Shown: positions 12,213-25,596 of the stretch, in pieces
Layout of the letters: every line of letters starts with the position of its first letter
How positions within the stretch are numbered: the first letter of the stretch is position 1
Source: Eledone cirrhosa
Lineage: Eukaryota
Assembly (NCBI GenBank): GCA_964016885.1
Contig: OZ024742.1
Location: 340,938,001-341,002,000 of the forward strand
Direction: 5' to 3'
DNA length: 64,000 bases
Position numbers and translations under genes: made by a program
Notes under the pieces: model-generated
The model's input: the letters and a program-made list of their open reading frames with translations, nothing else
Told to the model about the DNA's origin: nothing
Databases searched by the model: none

Positions 12213-13950
12213 CACGAGTAACATATTTGTTCCCCGGTTCTAAAATGCATTTCCTGGTTTGTTATATCCCATTATTATAAGAAACACTATTATTGAATTA
12301 GAAGTTTGGGTTTCTGGTCAAAAGTTTGATATTTCGAAATTTTCATATTTTTTAAGAAAAAACACATATTTTTAAAAATGTATCAGTTCATATAATTAAA
12401 TCAACAGAGTATATATTTATTTTATTACACAAGCTTATCAAAAGCAAACAAGTAAAAACAAATAACACTTATAAAGCAACTTATACACGTTAGAAATGAC
12501 TGGATTTCCTGGATTTGCGGTTGTAGTCCAGGTCGCATTCCCGCACTAGCCCCCAGATATAGTCTCCCATCATTTTTTCATTGTAGTAGCCCTGGTACCT
12601 CCGCTCTATCTCTTTCACATCTTGGTGGAATCGTTCGCCTTGTTCTTCCGAGTAGGCGCCCATATTGTCCTTGAATGTTTCCAGGTGAGCGTCCAGCATA
12701 TGGAGTTTAAGCGACATGCTGCATCCCATGGCACCAAAAGCCTTTATCAGATCCTGCACCAGTTGCTGGTAGTTTTCAGCTCTGTAGTTGCCCAGGAAGC
12801 CCTTAACAACTGCCTTGAAACAGTTCCATGCTGTTCTCTCAATCCTGTTGAGCTTATTGGAGAACTCGATGAACTCAAACACCTTCTTTATCTGAGGTCC
12901 AACAAAAATTCCTCCTTTGATTTTGGCCTCAGATAACTTGGGGAAGAACTCAAGAAGGTACTTAAAAGCGGCTGATTCTTGGTTGATAGCCTTCACAAAT
13001 TGCTTCATCAACCCCAACTTAATGTGCAGTGGCGGCATGAGCACAATCCTTGGATCAACCAGTGGCTCCCACATGACGTTCCGGGTCCCAACTACAAATT
13101 ATGTTCGCTGTTCCCAGTTATTTCTTTTGTAGTGGTCAGAGGTGGCTCTGCTGTCCCAAAGGCAGAGGAAGCATTGGAATTTGATAAAGCCTCCTTGGTG
13201 TCCAAGCAGGAAAGCCACCATCTTGAAGTCTCCAATGATTTCCCAATTGTACTGGTTGTATTGCAGAGCTTCCAAGAGGACTTTCACACTGTAGAATCTT
13301 CCTTCAGGCAGACTGAATGAGCTAGTGGCAGTGTCGGGAACTTGTTTCCACTGTGGAAGAGGACAGCCTTCAAACTTGTGGTACAGCTGTCTATAAATAG
13401 CCGCCACTCCTTGGGCACAAACGGCATCCCAATAACGTCAAACACTCCAAGCACGTCATGGCAGAAGCAGAAGCCATCCCTAAGAGTGTAAAAGCCTGAG
13501 AAAGATTCGTGTCGACTTCTCTGACTTGTCACCTGCACTTCCTCCTTGACCAAGTTCCACTGCTTCATCCTGGAGACGAATGCTTAAAACACAACTTACC
13601 CTTTATTCAGGGTACGAAAATCCAGTATCAATAAATCTCTTTAATCCACTTTTTAACAATTTTATACTTTATTGCACTTTTATAATTTTCTTTAGGTATT
13701 ACTCTGTATTTTATAATTTTAATTTAACCGGAAACATATATAAAAAAATCATTTAACATAAGCAAATTAAACTTACATACAACGTAAAATCCAGCATACA
13801 AATAATTCTAGTGAATAGCTTTAAATGTTTACAAACCCCAACTTTTAACTGTTTAATAGCACTTCTTTTTATTTATTTGGGACCTAAGCAACACAAAAAA
13901 GTGATTACAAGCCAGGAATAGAGAAAAAAAAACATTTTTGTTACACGGTG
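12213..13950 (-). mobile_element. Chapaev3-like (CMC) DNA transposon, internally deleted
   Basis: Termini CAC(gagtaaca)...(tgttacacg)GTG, 3-bp TTA TSD (12210-12212 / 13951-13953), transposase remnants inside. Confidence 0.8.
12490..13585 (-). pseudogene. Chapaev3-type transposase, frameshifted, N-terminus missing
   Basis: Three frames join: WRLFIDS..SLKAVL, GDFKMV..CFLCLWDSRA, PPLHIKLGLMKQFVKA..MSLKLHMLDAHL..GAYSEEQGERFHQD. Confidence 0.8.
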
Positions 13951-13953
13951 TTA

Positions 13954-14205
13954 TTTAAGGGTCCCCAGCGTTTTAATAAGCTGCCAAAAATCTGAGAGGT
14001 CTACATAGATGTTTTCAAGAGATATCTTGACATTCTACTGTCCAAGATCCCCGATTAACCCACAGCGCGAGGCGAAGCACAAATAAGACCAGCAGCAACA
14101 AACTCCCTTTTGCATCAATGGCCAACCAGGGAAGACTGGCTATAGAAAGTGATGGTGCTCCAGCATCGCCTCAGCCTCTCAGCTGGAACACATAATAGAA
14201 TAATA
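13954..14205 (+). mobile_element. Decayed CR1-type LINE 3' end
   Basis: Degenerate FKGP..FNKLP..LDILLSKIPD..PAATNSLLHQW; 3' UTR like 33438-33500. Confidence 0.65.
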
Positions 14206-16129
14206 TATTTAGCATAAAACAGTGATCTCTTAAAGCTCATTAATGTGACACTATCGGGCCATCTGTCCCTTAGACGACGATTTAGTTGCTCTAATAGTAA
14301 CGCCTGACTTTGATAAATAGTTCAAAATTCTGACATTTACTTCACGGTCATTCTCTTCATGACAAACACATGAAGTTGCTTTCATTACATCTAGAAAGAG
14401 CTAGATTACAAAACATTTTTGTTTTCAGAAAAACAAACGTAAAATGTGTTGGAGAGGAAGGAGATATTAAGGACAACACATTTTATGAAGAAAATCTATC
14501 AATTTTCAAAAACAAATTTATAGTGATAATTCATGCAAAAACATTACTCTGAAACATTACTTGGTCCATAGCTTCTTTAATTGTACTTTTCTATTCCTTA
14601 TCCCCCCCCCCCCTTCTCTCTCAATATACATATATATACACACACACACATATATATATATACATATACATATATATGTAGGAGGTGAGTTTTATTGTAG
14701 TACAATAAAGCAATGCAGATATCGGATAAGAAGCACTCTACAGTTTGTGGGACTGGAGTATGCATAATATAAGATCAAAAGATGGTTAAAGGAGTTCCAT
14801 ATATTTTATTATGCGCATTTCAAAAACAAACATCATCATGCAATAATATTTGTGTTTTCATCAGATAAAACAGGAGAACATGATATGAAGGCTAAAAAAC
14901 ACTTGTGGATAGTGCAGTTTTAAATCAACATATGAAAAGTGGTTTTAGATTGATGTGTGATATTGGGAAAAATATTTTATTTAGAGAGAGGGGGGGGAAG
15001 GATGAAAAGGGAAGGAGATGAGAGGGAGAGATGGGTGATAGAGAGAAAGAGATAGTTTTTATAACTGAGAGGAGATATATCTTTTACATAGAGAGGTTGA
15101 AAACCGTTGGAAGATACTGTATAAATTAAAAATTTTGAAAATTAACGAAGGGAGGATATGTACGAGGAAAAAATATTTTATTTAGGGAGGGGGGGGGGAA
15201 GGATGAAAAAAAGGGGGAGGAGATGAGAGTGAAGGTGGAGAGGGAGAGATGGGTGATAGAGAGAAAGAGATAGTTTTTATAACTGAGAAAAAGATATATT
15301 GTTTTAATATAGAGAGGTTGGGAACCGTTGGAAGATAATGTATAAATTAAAGGAATTTGAAAATTAACGAAGGGAAATTATGTATGAAGATAGAGAGAAA
15401 AAAATAATAATTGTGGGTGAATATTCTACCGTCAAAAAAGGAATGTATGTATTGTGGCAATTTCAAAATTAGCGAAGAGAAAAATTGTTAAGGTTTGTGT
15501 GTAGAAGGATTTGAGAAAAATAATGTGAAGTTAAAGTTTGTATATTGATTGAATTGATAATATGTGCGAATAAAGAGTTAATATGTATTAATAATGAGTT
15601 CGTTGATGGGGAGAAAAAAATAATAATAAATTAAGGATGAAATTGAGATTAAAAAGATTTATGATAGAGAGAAAAAATAATAATGATTGCGGATGAATAT
15701 TCTAATGTCAAAACAAATGTTATGATTTTACAAGAAGATAGAATGAGGGTAATGAGTAAACGAGTATTATAGAGTGTATAATGCCCTTTAAAGTAAGGTA
15801 GATGGGTATATTTTAAAGAGGTGTATGTATATGTGCCTTTGAGAAAAGATTCTAAATTGATAAAGAATTGAATATTAACTGTATACTTTGTGAAAAGTTC
15901 TATGGAATTTATGCAGGCAGATAGAAAACAAATCTGTGCGTCTATTTATTATAGAATCTAGGTTAGAGATAATGGTAAATTTTTCATTTAGGCAGAGATT
16001 ACAGATTTTAGATAGAGAGCTGTTCAAGTATGAGGATGCAGAAGAAATCTTCTTCCTTTCCACCCCCCCTCCCTAAATAAAATATTTTTTCCTCGCACAT
16101 ATCCTCCCTTCGTTAATTTTCAAAATTTA

Positions 16130-18065
16130 GAATGCATAAACCTTGAAGCCTATGAGATTATGTCAAAACTTGGCATTGAAAAAAAGACCGAACCATTCCT
16201 CCCAAGAACTCCGAGGATAAATCTCAAGGATCACAAAAACAATTTTCGCACTGAACTACCTGTTAGATTAATCGCCCCCTCTAAATCTGATCTGGGGGTT
16301 GTTAGTAAAGCAATCTTGGATAGGATTATCCCACAGGTTAGTTCTAATTGCTCTTCTTTGAACCTAAATTTATGGTTTGGTACTTCTGAAGTGATTGGCT
16401 GGTTCAACAAATTGGATAATAAAAACAAACTAAAATTTATTCAATTTGATATTGCCAGCTACTATTCCTCCATTTCGCCTTCACTTCTCAATAATGCTCT
16501 ATCTTTTGCACTTAAATATTCTGACATCACCACAGATGAACTTCACATCATCCTCACCGCACGTAAAACCATCCTAGAGTTCAACAACGAATATTGGACC
16601 AGAGCCGATACCTCTAACAACTTCGACATCACAATGGGAGCATCCGATTCATCCCAAATTGACTGATTTAATTGGTATCTTCATTTTGAACTCTTTGAGT
16701 CGGAAAATTCCTCAACTTCGCGGTGGAATTTATCGTGACGATGGACTCTTTACTATCCTAAATTGCAATATAGTTAAACTTAATATTATTAAGAACAATA
16801 TACGTAATCTCTTTAACCAACATAACCTAAAAATTGAATTTGATAATAGTATCAAACTAGCTAATTTCTTGGATGTATCTCTTAATCTTGACACTGGCCT
16901 ATATTACCCTTACCATAAAAACAATGAGAACCTTAATTATGTTAACTTTAAATCTAACCATCCTACCAATATCAAGAATGCTATAGTTAATAATATTGGA
17001 AATAGAATATCTAACATATCTTCTAATAAAAACATCTTTGACGCTAACGCCAATTACTATAATAACGCACTTTCTAAAGCCGGCTATCCAGATAAAATCA
17101 AATATAATAAAGAAACAAATTCTAGAAAAACTTACAGTAGAATAATTAATCATGACCATTCCAATAATTTTAATAAAAGACCTAGATACAAAAACATAAT
17201 CTGGTATAATGCTCCTTTCTCCATCTCTATTAATAACAATATTCCTAAATTATTTTTTAGTGCCTTAAATAAATGCTTCCCTCCCTCACATATCTATACT
17301 AAAATATTTAACAAACACACCATCAAATTTTCGTATTCTACATCCTCCAATATTTCCAACATCATCTCTAAACACAACAACAAAATATTAAATACTAAAT
17401 CTCTTCCTTCCAATATTGAATTTCATAATAACAGTAATAGTACTCCCGACGTCATTGTAAACCCTAGGCTAACTTCTGTAAACCCAAATACAACGTCAAA
17501 CACAACTTCGCTAAATGTTCATAATCCAACTCTAAATCAAGAAACTATTATTCCTATTATTCCTATCGCAAACAACTTCTCCAATCCAATTCCTTCTATA
17601 GATAACACTAGATCACTCATTAATAATCTCTCTAATTGCAACTGCCGCATTAAAAATAAATGTCCTCTCAACAACCATTGTCTCGATAAAAACTTAATTT
17701 ATGAATGTAAAATTATAACTAGCACCAATTCCTTCACCTATTTTGGCTCCACTTCCACCTCTTTTAAAGCTCGTCTCTATAATCATCATTCATCTTTCAA
17801 ATACAAACTTAAAAGAACTAACACTGCTCTCTCAGAACTCATATGGTCCTTAAAAGACAAAAACATTAAATATACCATCTTTTGGAAGAAGATTTCTTCT
17901 GCATCCTCATACTTGAACAGCTCTCTATCTAAAATCTGTAATCTCTGCCTAAATGAAAAATTTACCATTATCTCTAACCTAGATTCTATAATAAATAGAC
18001 GCACAGATTTGTTTTCTATCTGCCTGCATAAATTCCATAGAACTTTTCACAAAGTATACAGTTAA
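16130..18065 (+). pseudogene. PLE RT + GIY-YIG, 5'-truncated, one frameshift near 16660
   Basis: NLKDHK, FDIASYY, FDITMG / GIYRDDGL, NFLDV, CNC..CPL..C..LIY..YFG, CNLC..EK. Confidence 0.9.
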
Positions 18066-19068
18066 TATTCAATTCTTTATCAATTTAGAATCTTTTCTCA
18101 AAGGCACATATACATACACCTCTTTAAAATATACCCATCTACCTTACTTTAAAGGGCATTATACACTCTATAATACTCGTTTACTCATTACCCTCATTCT
18201 ATCTTCTTGTAAAATCATAACATTTGTTTTGACATTAGAATATTCATCCGCAATCATTATTATTTTTTCTCTCTATCATAAATCTTTTTAATCTCAATTT
18301 CATCCTTAATTTATTATTATTTTTTTCTCCCCATCAACGAACTCATTATTAATACATATTAACTCTTTATTCGCACATATTATCAATTCAATCAATATAC
18401 AAACTTTAACTTCACATTATTTTTCTCAAATCCTTCTACACACAAACCTTAACAATTTTTCTCTTCGCTAATTTTGAAATTGCCACAATACATACATTCC
18501 TTTTTTGACGTTAGAATATTCACCCACAACTATTATTTTTTTCTCTCTATCTTCATACATAATTTCCCTTCGTTAATTTTCAAATTCCTTTAATGTATAC
18601 ATTATCTTCCAACGGTTCCCAACCTCTCTATATTAAAACAATATATCTTTTTCTCAGTTATAAAAACTATCTCTTTCTCTCTATCACCCATCTCTCCCTC
18701 TCCACCTTCACTCTCATCTCCTCCCCCTTTTTTTCATCCTTTCCACCCCCCCCCCCTCCCTAAATAAAATATTTTTTCCTCGCACATATCCTCCCTTCGT
18801 TAATTTTCAAAATTTTTAATTTATACAGTATCTTCCAACGGTTTTCAACCTCTCTATGTAAAAAATATATCTCCTCTCAGTTATAAAAACTATCTCTTTC
18901 TCTCTATCACCCATCTCTCCCTCTCATCTCCTTCCCTTTTCATCCCCCCCCCCTCTCTAAATAAAATATTTTTCCCAATATCACACATCAATCTAAAACC
19001 ACTTTTCATATGTTGATTTAAAACTGCACTATCCACAAGTGTTTTTTAGCCTTCATATCATGTTCTCC

Positions 19069-19139
19069 TGTTTTATCTGATGAAAACACAAATATTATTG
19101 CATGATGATGTTTGTTTTTGAAATGCGCATAATAAAATA
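19069..19139 (+). ncRNA. Type I hammerhead ribozyme (mirror 14802-14872, -)
   Basis: tgttttat CTGATGA [stem II] GAAA tgcgca TA ataaaata. Confidence 0.8.
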
Positions 19140-19194
19140 TATGGAACTCCTTTAACCATCTTTTGATCTTATATTATACATATATATATATATA

Positions 19195-19253
<59 letters not shown>

Positions 19254-19711
19254 TACTTTCGGTTCTTATAATTAAAGTGGTCTTTCATTCCTATTTCTTA
19301 TTGTTAAATATGAAGACCTGAATCCACCTCAACGTTCTCAATCAGACGTTGCTTCTTAACAATCTGAGAAAACATTAGTCATGCACTCATTAATATTTTA
19401 TAAGCTGTGATAGAAAGATTTCCATATCAACCAACAAAAACAGTGCAAGAGACGTTAACATTTTCTTTTGCCAATCTACCACCTAGGGAGACACAGAAGG
19501 AAAATAGAAAATCTGTACTGATTGAGTCGTTATTTAAACTAGTAAAGTACAGCCCTTTTCTGAGTTAGGTCAGTAATATTAATACAATATTAATGCACAC
19601 AGCCTGACCAGATGCTGCTAAGCATCTCGTCTGACTCTTCAATAATTCTGGTAACCCAATGCCTCTGTTTCGTACTGAATTTATTTAAGGTGATCTTAAA
19701 CCCCAGTTTTA

Positions 19712-20135
19712 TGCTGGTACTTTATTTTATTGACCCCGTAAGGATGAAATGTAAAGCTATCCCCGGCGGGATTTGAGAGCAGAACGTACAGGGCCGTAAT
19801 TCTATACTGCGAAGCAGGGTATCAAACGCTCTACCGATGCTTGGAATCAACCACCGATGATGGAAAATATAAAAAAAAATGATTAAAGCAAAAGTAAATA
19901 ATGAAAAAAACAGGGGAAAGGAATAAAGAAGGGCAGATCTGACTGTAGAGGAAAGTAGAGGAAAGGACTATAAATTGCCATAAATGAGAAGAAAAGAGAA
20001 AGTACAATAGGGAAAGATCCGAATGTATAAAAGGAAAAGTTGACTTTGTCGGTATTCGAACTTATAGCGCAGAGATCCGGAAAAATGCTGATGCATTTAA
20101 TCCAACGTCTCGTCGGTGCTGCCAACTTACCGCCA
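19712..20135 (-). mobile_element. Two tRNA-derived SINE copies (~19712-19857, ~20030-20135)
   Basis: ctggtacttt..gaccccgtaaggatgaaa..gatttga..ctctaccga..ccaccg matches other SINE copies. Confidence 0.6.
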
Positions 20136-20605
20136 TTGCTTCAGAGACTTTGTAACGCATGTTTATGTTTCATGAAAATGTATTTAGATTCCTGTTTCAT
20201 GTGTTTCAGTGACAAACACACGAAACATGCAGGGAATTAATTCATTTATGCTATATATAGAGTGAATATAGTGTTTATTTTTAACTGTAATTGTTTACTT
20301 CGAAGTTTCGCCCTTGGTATATGTTGTATGGACTGTGAATCGAACTCACAACCTCATTGTTGTATGGACTGTTAAATTCGATTTGTTCAATTTACACGTG
20401 CTCACACATTTGCATATGAATCACGTGACCTGGGCAGTCAGTCAACGTTGGTATTAAAAACTCGGTCACAGACTTCTTACTTACTTTATGTTATTCTGCT
20501 ACTGCGAGGAGGGGCGTTTTGGTTGTTTCGCAAATTACACAAATTATTTGATATAACTCGTTGTGTTTTCTCTGCGAGTACCGAGAGGAATACAACAGAG
20601 TTTAT

Positions 20606-20625
20606 TGGCGTCGACGATAGGATTT
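20606..20625 (+). promoter_or_regulatory. Primer-binding site, probably tRNA-Ser
   Basis: TGGCGTCGACGATAGGATT just 3' of the 5' LTR; resembles the complement of tRNA-Ser 3' ends. Overlaps the first of three 22-bp tandem repeats (20615-20681). Confidence 0.6.
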
Positions 20626-20704
20626 ACCTACATTGCCGATAGGATTTACCTACATTGCCGATAGGATTTACCTACATTGCCGGGAAATTGTTTATCACAA
20701 AAAC

Positions 20705-21682
20705 ATGGCGGAACAACAAACAGCGGAGCTAATAAAGTTGTTTAGAGAACAGATGGAACAACAAATGCAACAACAGGAACAACAAATACAACAACACAAG
20801 AAAGATATGGACACTCTGATAAAACTGTTTGGTGCTCGAGATTCTGAACAACAGAGTTTATTGGCGTCGCCAGTTGCTTCGACACCAACAGCATTCATCC
20901 CACCATTTGCTGCTTTTGATTCAACAACAGAACTATGGCCTCATTACTGGTCAAGATTCTGCACGTTTGTGGCTGCTAACGCTGTACCCGAGCAACGCAT
21001 GGCACAAGTGTTCCTGACTAATCAGACGGCTGCTATCTACAAACAACTTGCAAATCTGGCTGCTCAACAAAATCCGCCTAAGAATATCAACAAGTTGACA
21101 ATGGACGAAATTGTTGACTTCATGAAAGAACAGTTCGACCCAAAACTTTTCATTGTGAGAGAACGTTTCAAGTTCTGGAGTGACATGCAACGGAAGCCAA
21201 GCGAAACTCTCCAGGAGCTGGCAGCACGTATACGTCAGGATGAAGCTACCTGTGATTTTCCTTCGATCACAAATCCACAAGATGAAGCTCTAAGACAGAG
21301 ATTTATATGTTCTGTCAGTAATGAAGCTGTGTTGAAGGCTATTTTCAAGATCAAGGATACAGAACTAGATTTCGCCCGTGCTGTCCAAGTTGCCATCGGG
21401 ACCGAAGACGCAGCAAAGGTTGCCAAGGAAACTGTTTACGGTTCCAAAACCAAGCAAGTCTACAAGGTCCAGCAGAACAAGAACAAGGGTCCTCGAAAGA
21501 ACTATCAGCAGTCTTATTCCACAGACCAGGAGATGTGCTACCGATGTGGAAAGGCCCACAAACGACAGACTGCCCCTTCAAAGAAGCCAAATGTCATGTT
21601 TGTGACAAACAGGGACATTTGCAAGCGGTGTGTAGAAAGAAACAACATCAGCAACGTAATCATCGCTCACAGAATTACGTGA
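20705..21682 (+). pseudogene. gag: Gypsy Gag (zinc knuckles disrupted by frameshift near 21560)
   Basis: FDSTTELW..YWSRF, ERFKFW, CYRCGKAH / CPFKEAKCHVCDKQGHLQAVC. Confidence 0.85.
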
Positions 21683-24600
21683 AAAGAATCACGAAAGCTG
21701 AGCTAGTCAAGGCGATCATTGGTGAAGTTCCCCACGATACTCATAGTTTGAATGTGCCAATAACAATCCAGAACAGACTTTTCACAATGGAATTGGACAC
21801 AGCTACTACAGGCAATTTTGTTTCCTTGTCAGTTTGGAAACAATTAGGAAAACCGAAGCTGCAAGATGTCAAACATCGGTTTGAATCTGCCAGCAAGCAC
21901 GACCTGCCCGTTCTGGGAACTTTCATGGGCCAAACCAAGGATCCAACGACCGGTAAACGGAATTCAATACCCTACATCGTCACCAAGATCCCTGATCTTA
22001 ATTTGCTTGGACGAAACGCTATCCAGACTCTGGGAATTTCCGTGGACAATGCTCTAGGATTGAAAAGCATAGACAGCCAGGCCAAGAGTGAGGGTGCAGA
22101 AGTGATGCATCCAAAGACCTCAAATGAGCCCTATATTTCCATGCAACGAGATTGTCACAACATGTGTGATGAATTCCCAGATCTCTTCAAGCAAGAATTG
22201 GGATGTCTTAATGACTTCGAACTGGAAGTGAAGTTCAAGTCGGACGCGACACCGGTCTTTCACAAGGCACGCCCGGTCCCGTTTGCTCTCCGTGATGACC
22301 TGGCCAAAGGTTACGAAGAAGGCATCGCCAAAGGAATCTGGAAGCCAATACAGTTCAACGAATACGGAACGCCAGTGGCACCGATTCGTAAAGCACATAC
22401 TTCAGGCAACCTGAAGCCCAAACTACGGATTTGTGGTGACTACTCTGTGGGAATTAATGACCAACTTGCAGATCATCGTCATCCAATGCCACTCCCAGAG
22501 GAACTGATGCAGAAGCTCGGAGGTGGATTCGGATACAGAAAGATTGATCTTGCTGATGCCTATAATCAGATCAAGCTGGCTCCAGAAAGTCAACGCAGGC
22601 TTGCACTCACCGTGGGGTGCTCCTGCAGGAACGACTCCCTTTCGGAATCAAGTCAGCACCTGGTTACTTTCAGGAGATCATGGAAAACCTGACTCAAGAT
22701 CTACCTGGTGTGGCCGTCTTCCAGGACGACATGCTCGTCAGTGGGAAAGATGTAAACGATCACCTGAACAACCTAAAGTGTCTGCTCACACGTCTGTGCG
22801 ACAAAGGACTCAGATGTCGCCGTGACAAGTGCCAGTTTGCACTACCCAGTGTGGAATACCTTGGACACACCTTGTTGGCTGAAGGGATCGGGAAGGGATC
22901 CAAGGTCGAAGCAGTTTTAAAGATGCCACCTCCAACGAACGTCTCAAGCTTGAAGTCTTTCCTGGGTTCAGTTCAGTTCTATGGAAAGTTTATCCCAAAC
23001 CTAGTCAGCATGGCAGAGCCACTCTATTGCCTTACGAAAAAAACGACTACTTGGAAGTGGGGATATGAAGAACAGTCATCGGATCGAGTTCTGATACACT
23101 TCGATCCAAACAAAACTTTGGGACTGGCTTGCGACGCGTCAAACGTTGGTATTGGAGCAGTCCTGTTTCATCGCTATCCTGATGGAAGCGTGCGCCCAAT
23201 ATCCAATGTGTCCAAGACTCTTACTTCTGCACAGCGTAACTACGGCCAAATTATAAAGGAAGCCCTGGCCATCATATTTGGCTTGCAGAAGTTCTATCAG
23301 TATTTGTACGGACATCAGTTTATACTCGTAACTGACCACAAGCCACTGACATCACTGTTCAGTCCGAGGAAAGGGACGCCACTTCTCGCTGCTAACCGAC
23401 GGTGGGCCCTGTGGCTGAACCAGTTTGACTACACCATTGAATATCGGAAAACAGCGGATCATGGCAATGCAGATGCCCTCTGGAAAATGGTGAAGACATG
23501 GACATGGTGTGCGTCATCAAAGATCTCAGTCTTCAAGTCCAACCTATCGATTCTAACTTCCTCCGTCAAGAGTCAGGGAAAGATCCAGTGATATCTACAG
23601 TGATACGCTACATCCGTGAAGGCTGGCCACCAAAGAATACTGAGATCAATGACGAAGTCAATAAGTTCCGGAAGTTATCGGATTCACTCAGTATCTGCCA
23701 CGGATGCCTTATCCATGGATCGAGAGTTGTGATTCCACATAGCTTACAGCCAAAGATCCTCAATCTTCTGCATCTCGGACACTTTGGCATGGAGCGCATG
23801 AAACAATTGGCAAGAACTGCTGTTTATTGGCCTGGTATCGATGCTGCTATAGAGAAAACCAGTCGACAATGTGATTCGTGTGGTGAACATCAAAACCAGC
23901 CATCCAAGTCTCCAGTTCACCCATGGATGTTACCTGAAAAGCCGTGGAGCCGCTTACACCTGGACCACGCAATAAATTTCATGGGCAGTAATTGGTTGGT
24001 GATCACAGATGCTTATTCCAAGTATCCATGCATTCATCCTACGTCATCCACGTCCTCCAGAGCCACTTTAGTTCTGCTTGAAGAAGATTTTGCGCACTTC
24101 GGATTTCCTCACACGCTAGTCACCGATAACGCACCAACTTTTATTTCTGAGGAGTTCCAGAGCTGGTGCAAAGAACGTGGCATCACGCACCTGACAGGGG
24201 CACCTTACCACCCAGATACTAACGGAGTAGCGGAACGTTTGGTGCAGACCTTCAAACAAGCTCTGAGGAAGACTTCTCTTCCGCCGAAGCGAGCACTTCA
24301 AGAGTTCTTGATGCAGTACCGAAGAACACCGACATCCAGTGGATTCTCTCCGAGTGAACTTTTGAATCACCGGCAGATACGGACAAGGATCAATCCTTGT
24401 CCCTATGTGGAATCACAACTCTCGATCCATGGATAAGGCATCCGTGGCAGATACTGAGTGAATCCGATAACTTCCGGAACTTATTGACTTCGTCATTGAT
24501 CTCAGTATTCTTTGGTGGCCAGCCTTCACGGATGTAGCGTATCACTGTAGATATCACTGGATCTTTCCCTGACTCTTGACGGAGGAAGTTAGAATCGATA

Positions 24601-25193
24601 GGTTGGACTTGAAGACTGAGATCTTTGATGGCGCACATCATGTCCATGTCTTCACCATTTTCCAGAGGGCATCTGCATTGCCATGATCCGCTGTTTTCCG
24701 ATATTCTCTGCTGCTCTCGCCAGCACACATCGCTCAAGGCAAGCAGTCTAAGGAAGCATATAAGTCTCAGATGACTCCGGACTCGGCAGGTGTCGCTAAG
24801 GTTACCAGGCAGTACAAGGCTGGAGATCCTGTGTATGCACTGTACTACGGACCTCGCCGAGACAAAGATCCTCGATGGGTACCAGCAATCATTAAGAAGT
24901 CATTGGGTACTCGCTGCTTCAACGTTAAGATCATACCTCATGGCCCGGTGTGGAGACGACACTGGGAACAGCTGCAACCGCGGTACACTACTGAGGAAGA
25001 CAATGAACCTGGTGATGCAGTAGACACTGTTTTTGAATTTGCGACAGATCACCCGATGGAGATCTCGGAAATCGTGCCACTAACTCCAAGACAGACCAGA
25101 CCCAAGACCTTGTTGCCTGTTCCAGAGTATGGACCAGACAATCGAAGACGGTCCAAGAGAACTCGTAAACCCCCAGAGAGACTTTGCTGTTGA
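21683..25193 (+). pseudogene. pol: Gypsy Pol (protease, RT, RNase H, integrase), multiple frameshifts, deletions and an inverted insertion
   Basis: MELDTA, RICGDY, IDLADAY, LPFGI..FQDD, ACDAS, TDHKPL, HLGH..C..C, HLD..TDN..AER, W..G/RRH C-terminus. Confidence 0.9.
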
Positions 25194-25596
25194 TGCTTCT
25201 TTTGTCGCATCAATTTCGGTGGGGAGGTGTTGTATGGACTGTGAATCGAACTCACAACCTCATTGTTGTATGGACTGTTAAATTCGATTTGTTCAATTTA
25301 CACGTGCTCACACATTTGCATATGAATCACGTGACCTGGGCAGTCAGTCAACGTTGGTATTAAAAACTCGGTCACAGACTACTTACTTACTTTATGTTAT
25401 TCTGCTACTGCGAGGAGGGGGCGTTTTGGTTGTTTCGCAAATTACACAAATTATTTGATATAACTCGTGTTTTCTCTGCGAGTACCGAGAGGAATACAAC
25501 AGTATATGTCATAGAAAACAGCAAGCTAATAAAATTTAGTCTCCAAAACCTTGTCTATTGATACAGTCCATTTTCTAAAATAGTCTTAAATAATAA

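Larger units (their letters stand above)
14678..19177. mobile_element. Hydra-like PLE with ~1.3-kb inverted repeats (14764-16052 / 17886-19177); tail on left (14678-14763)
   Basis: RT+EN ORF on +, inverted copy of ORF end and 3' UTR on -, HHR in both arms, microsatellite flanks. Confidence 0.92.
20322..25501 (+). mobile_element. Full-length Gypsy (Ty3/Gypsy, Mag/K02A2.6-like) LTR retrotransposon
   Basis: TG..CA LTRs 20322-20597 and 25228-25501 (few differences), TSD GTATA (20317-20321 / 25502-25506), PBS, PPT ggtggggagg 25218-25227, gag-PR-RT-RH-IN order. Confidence 0.95.
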
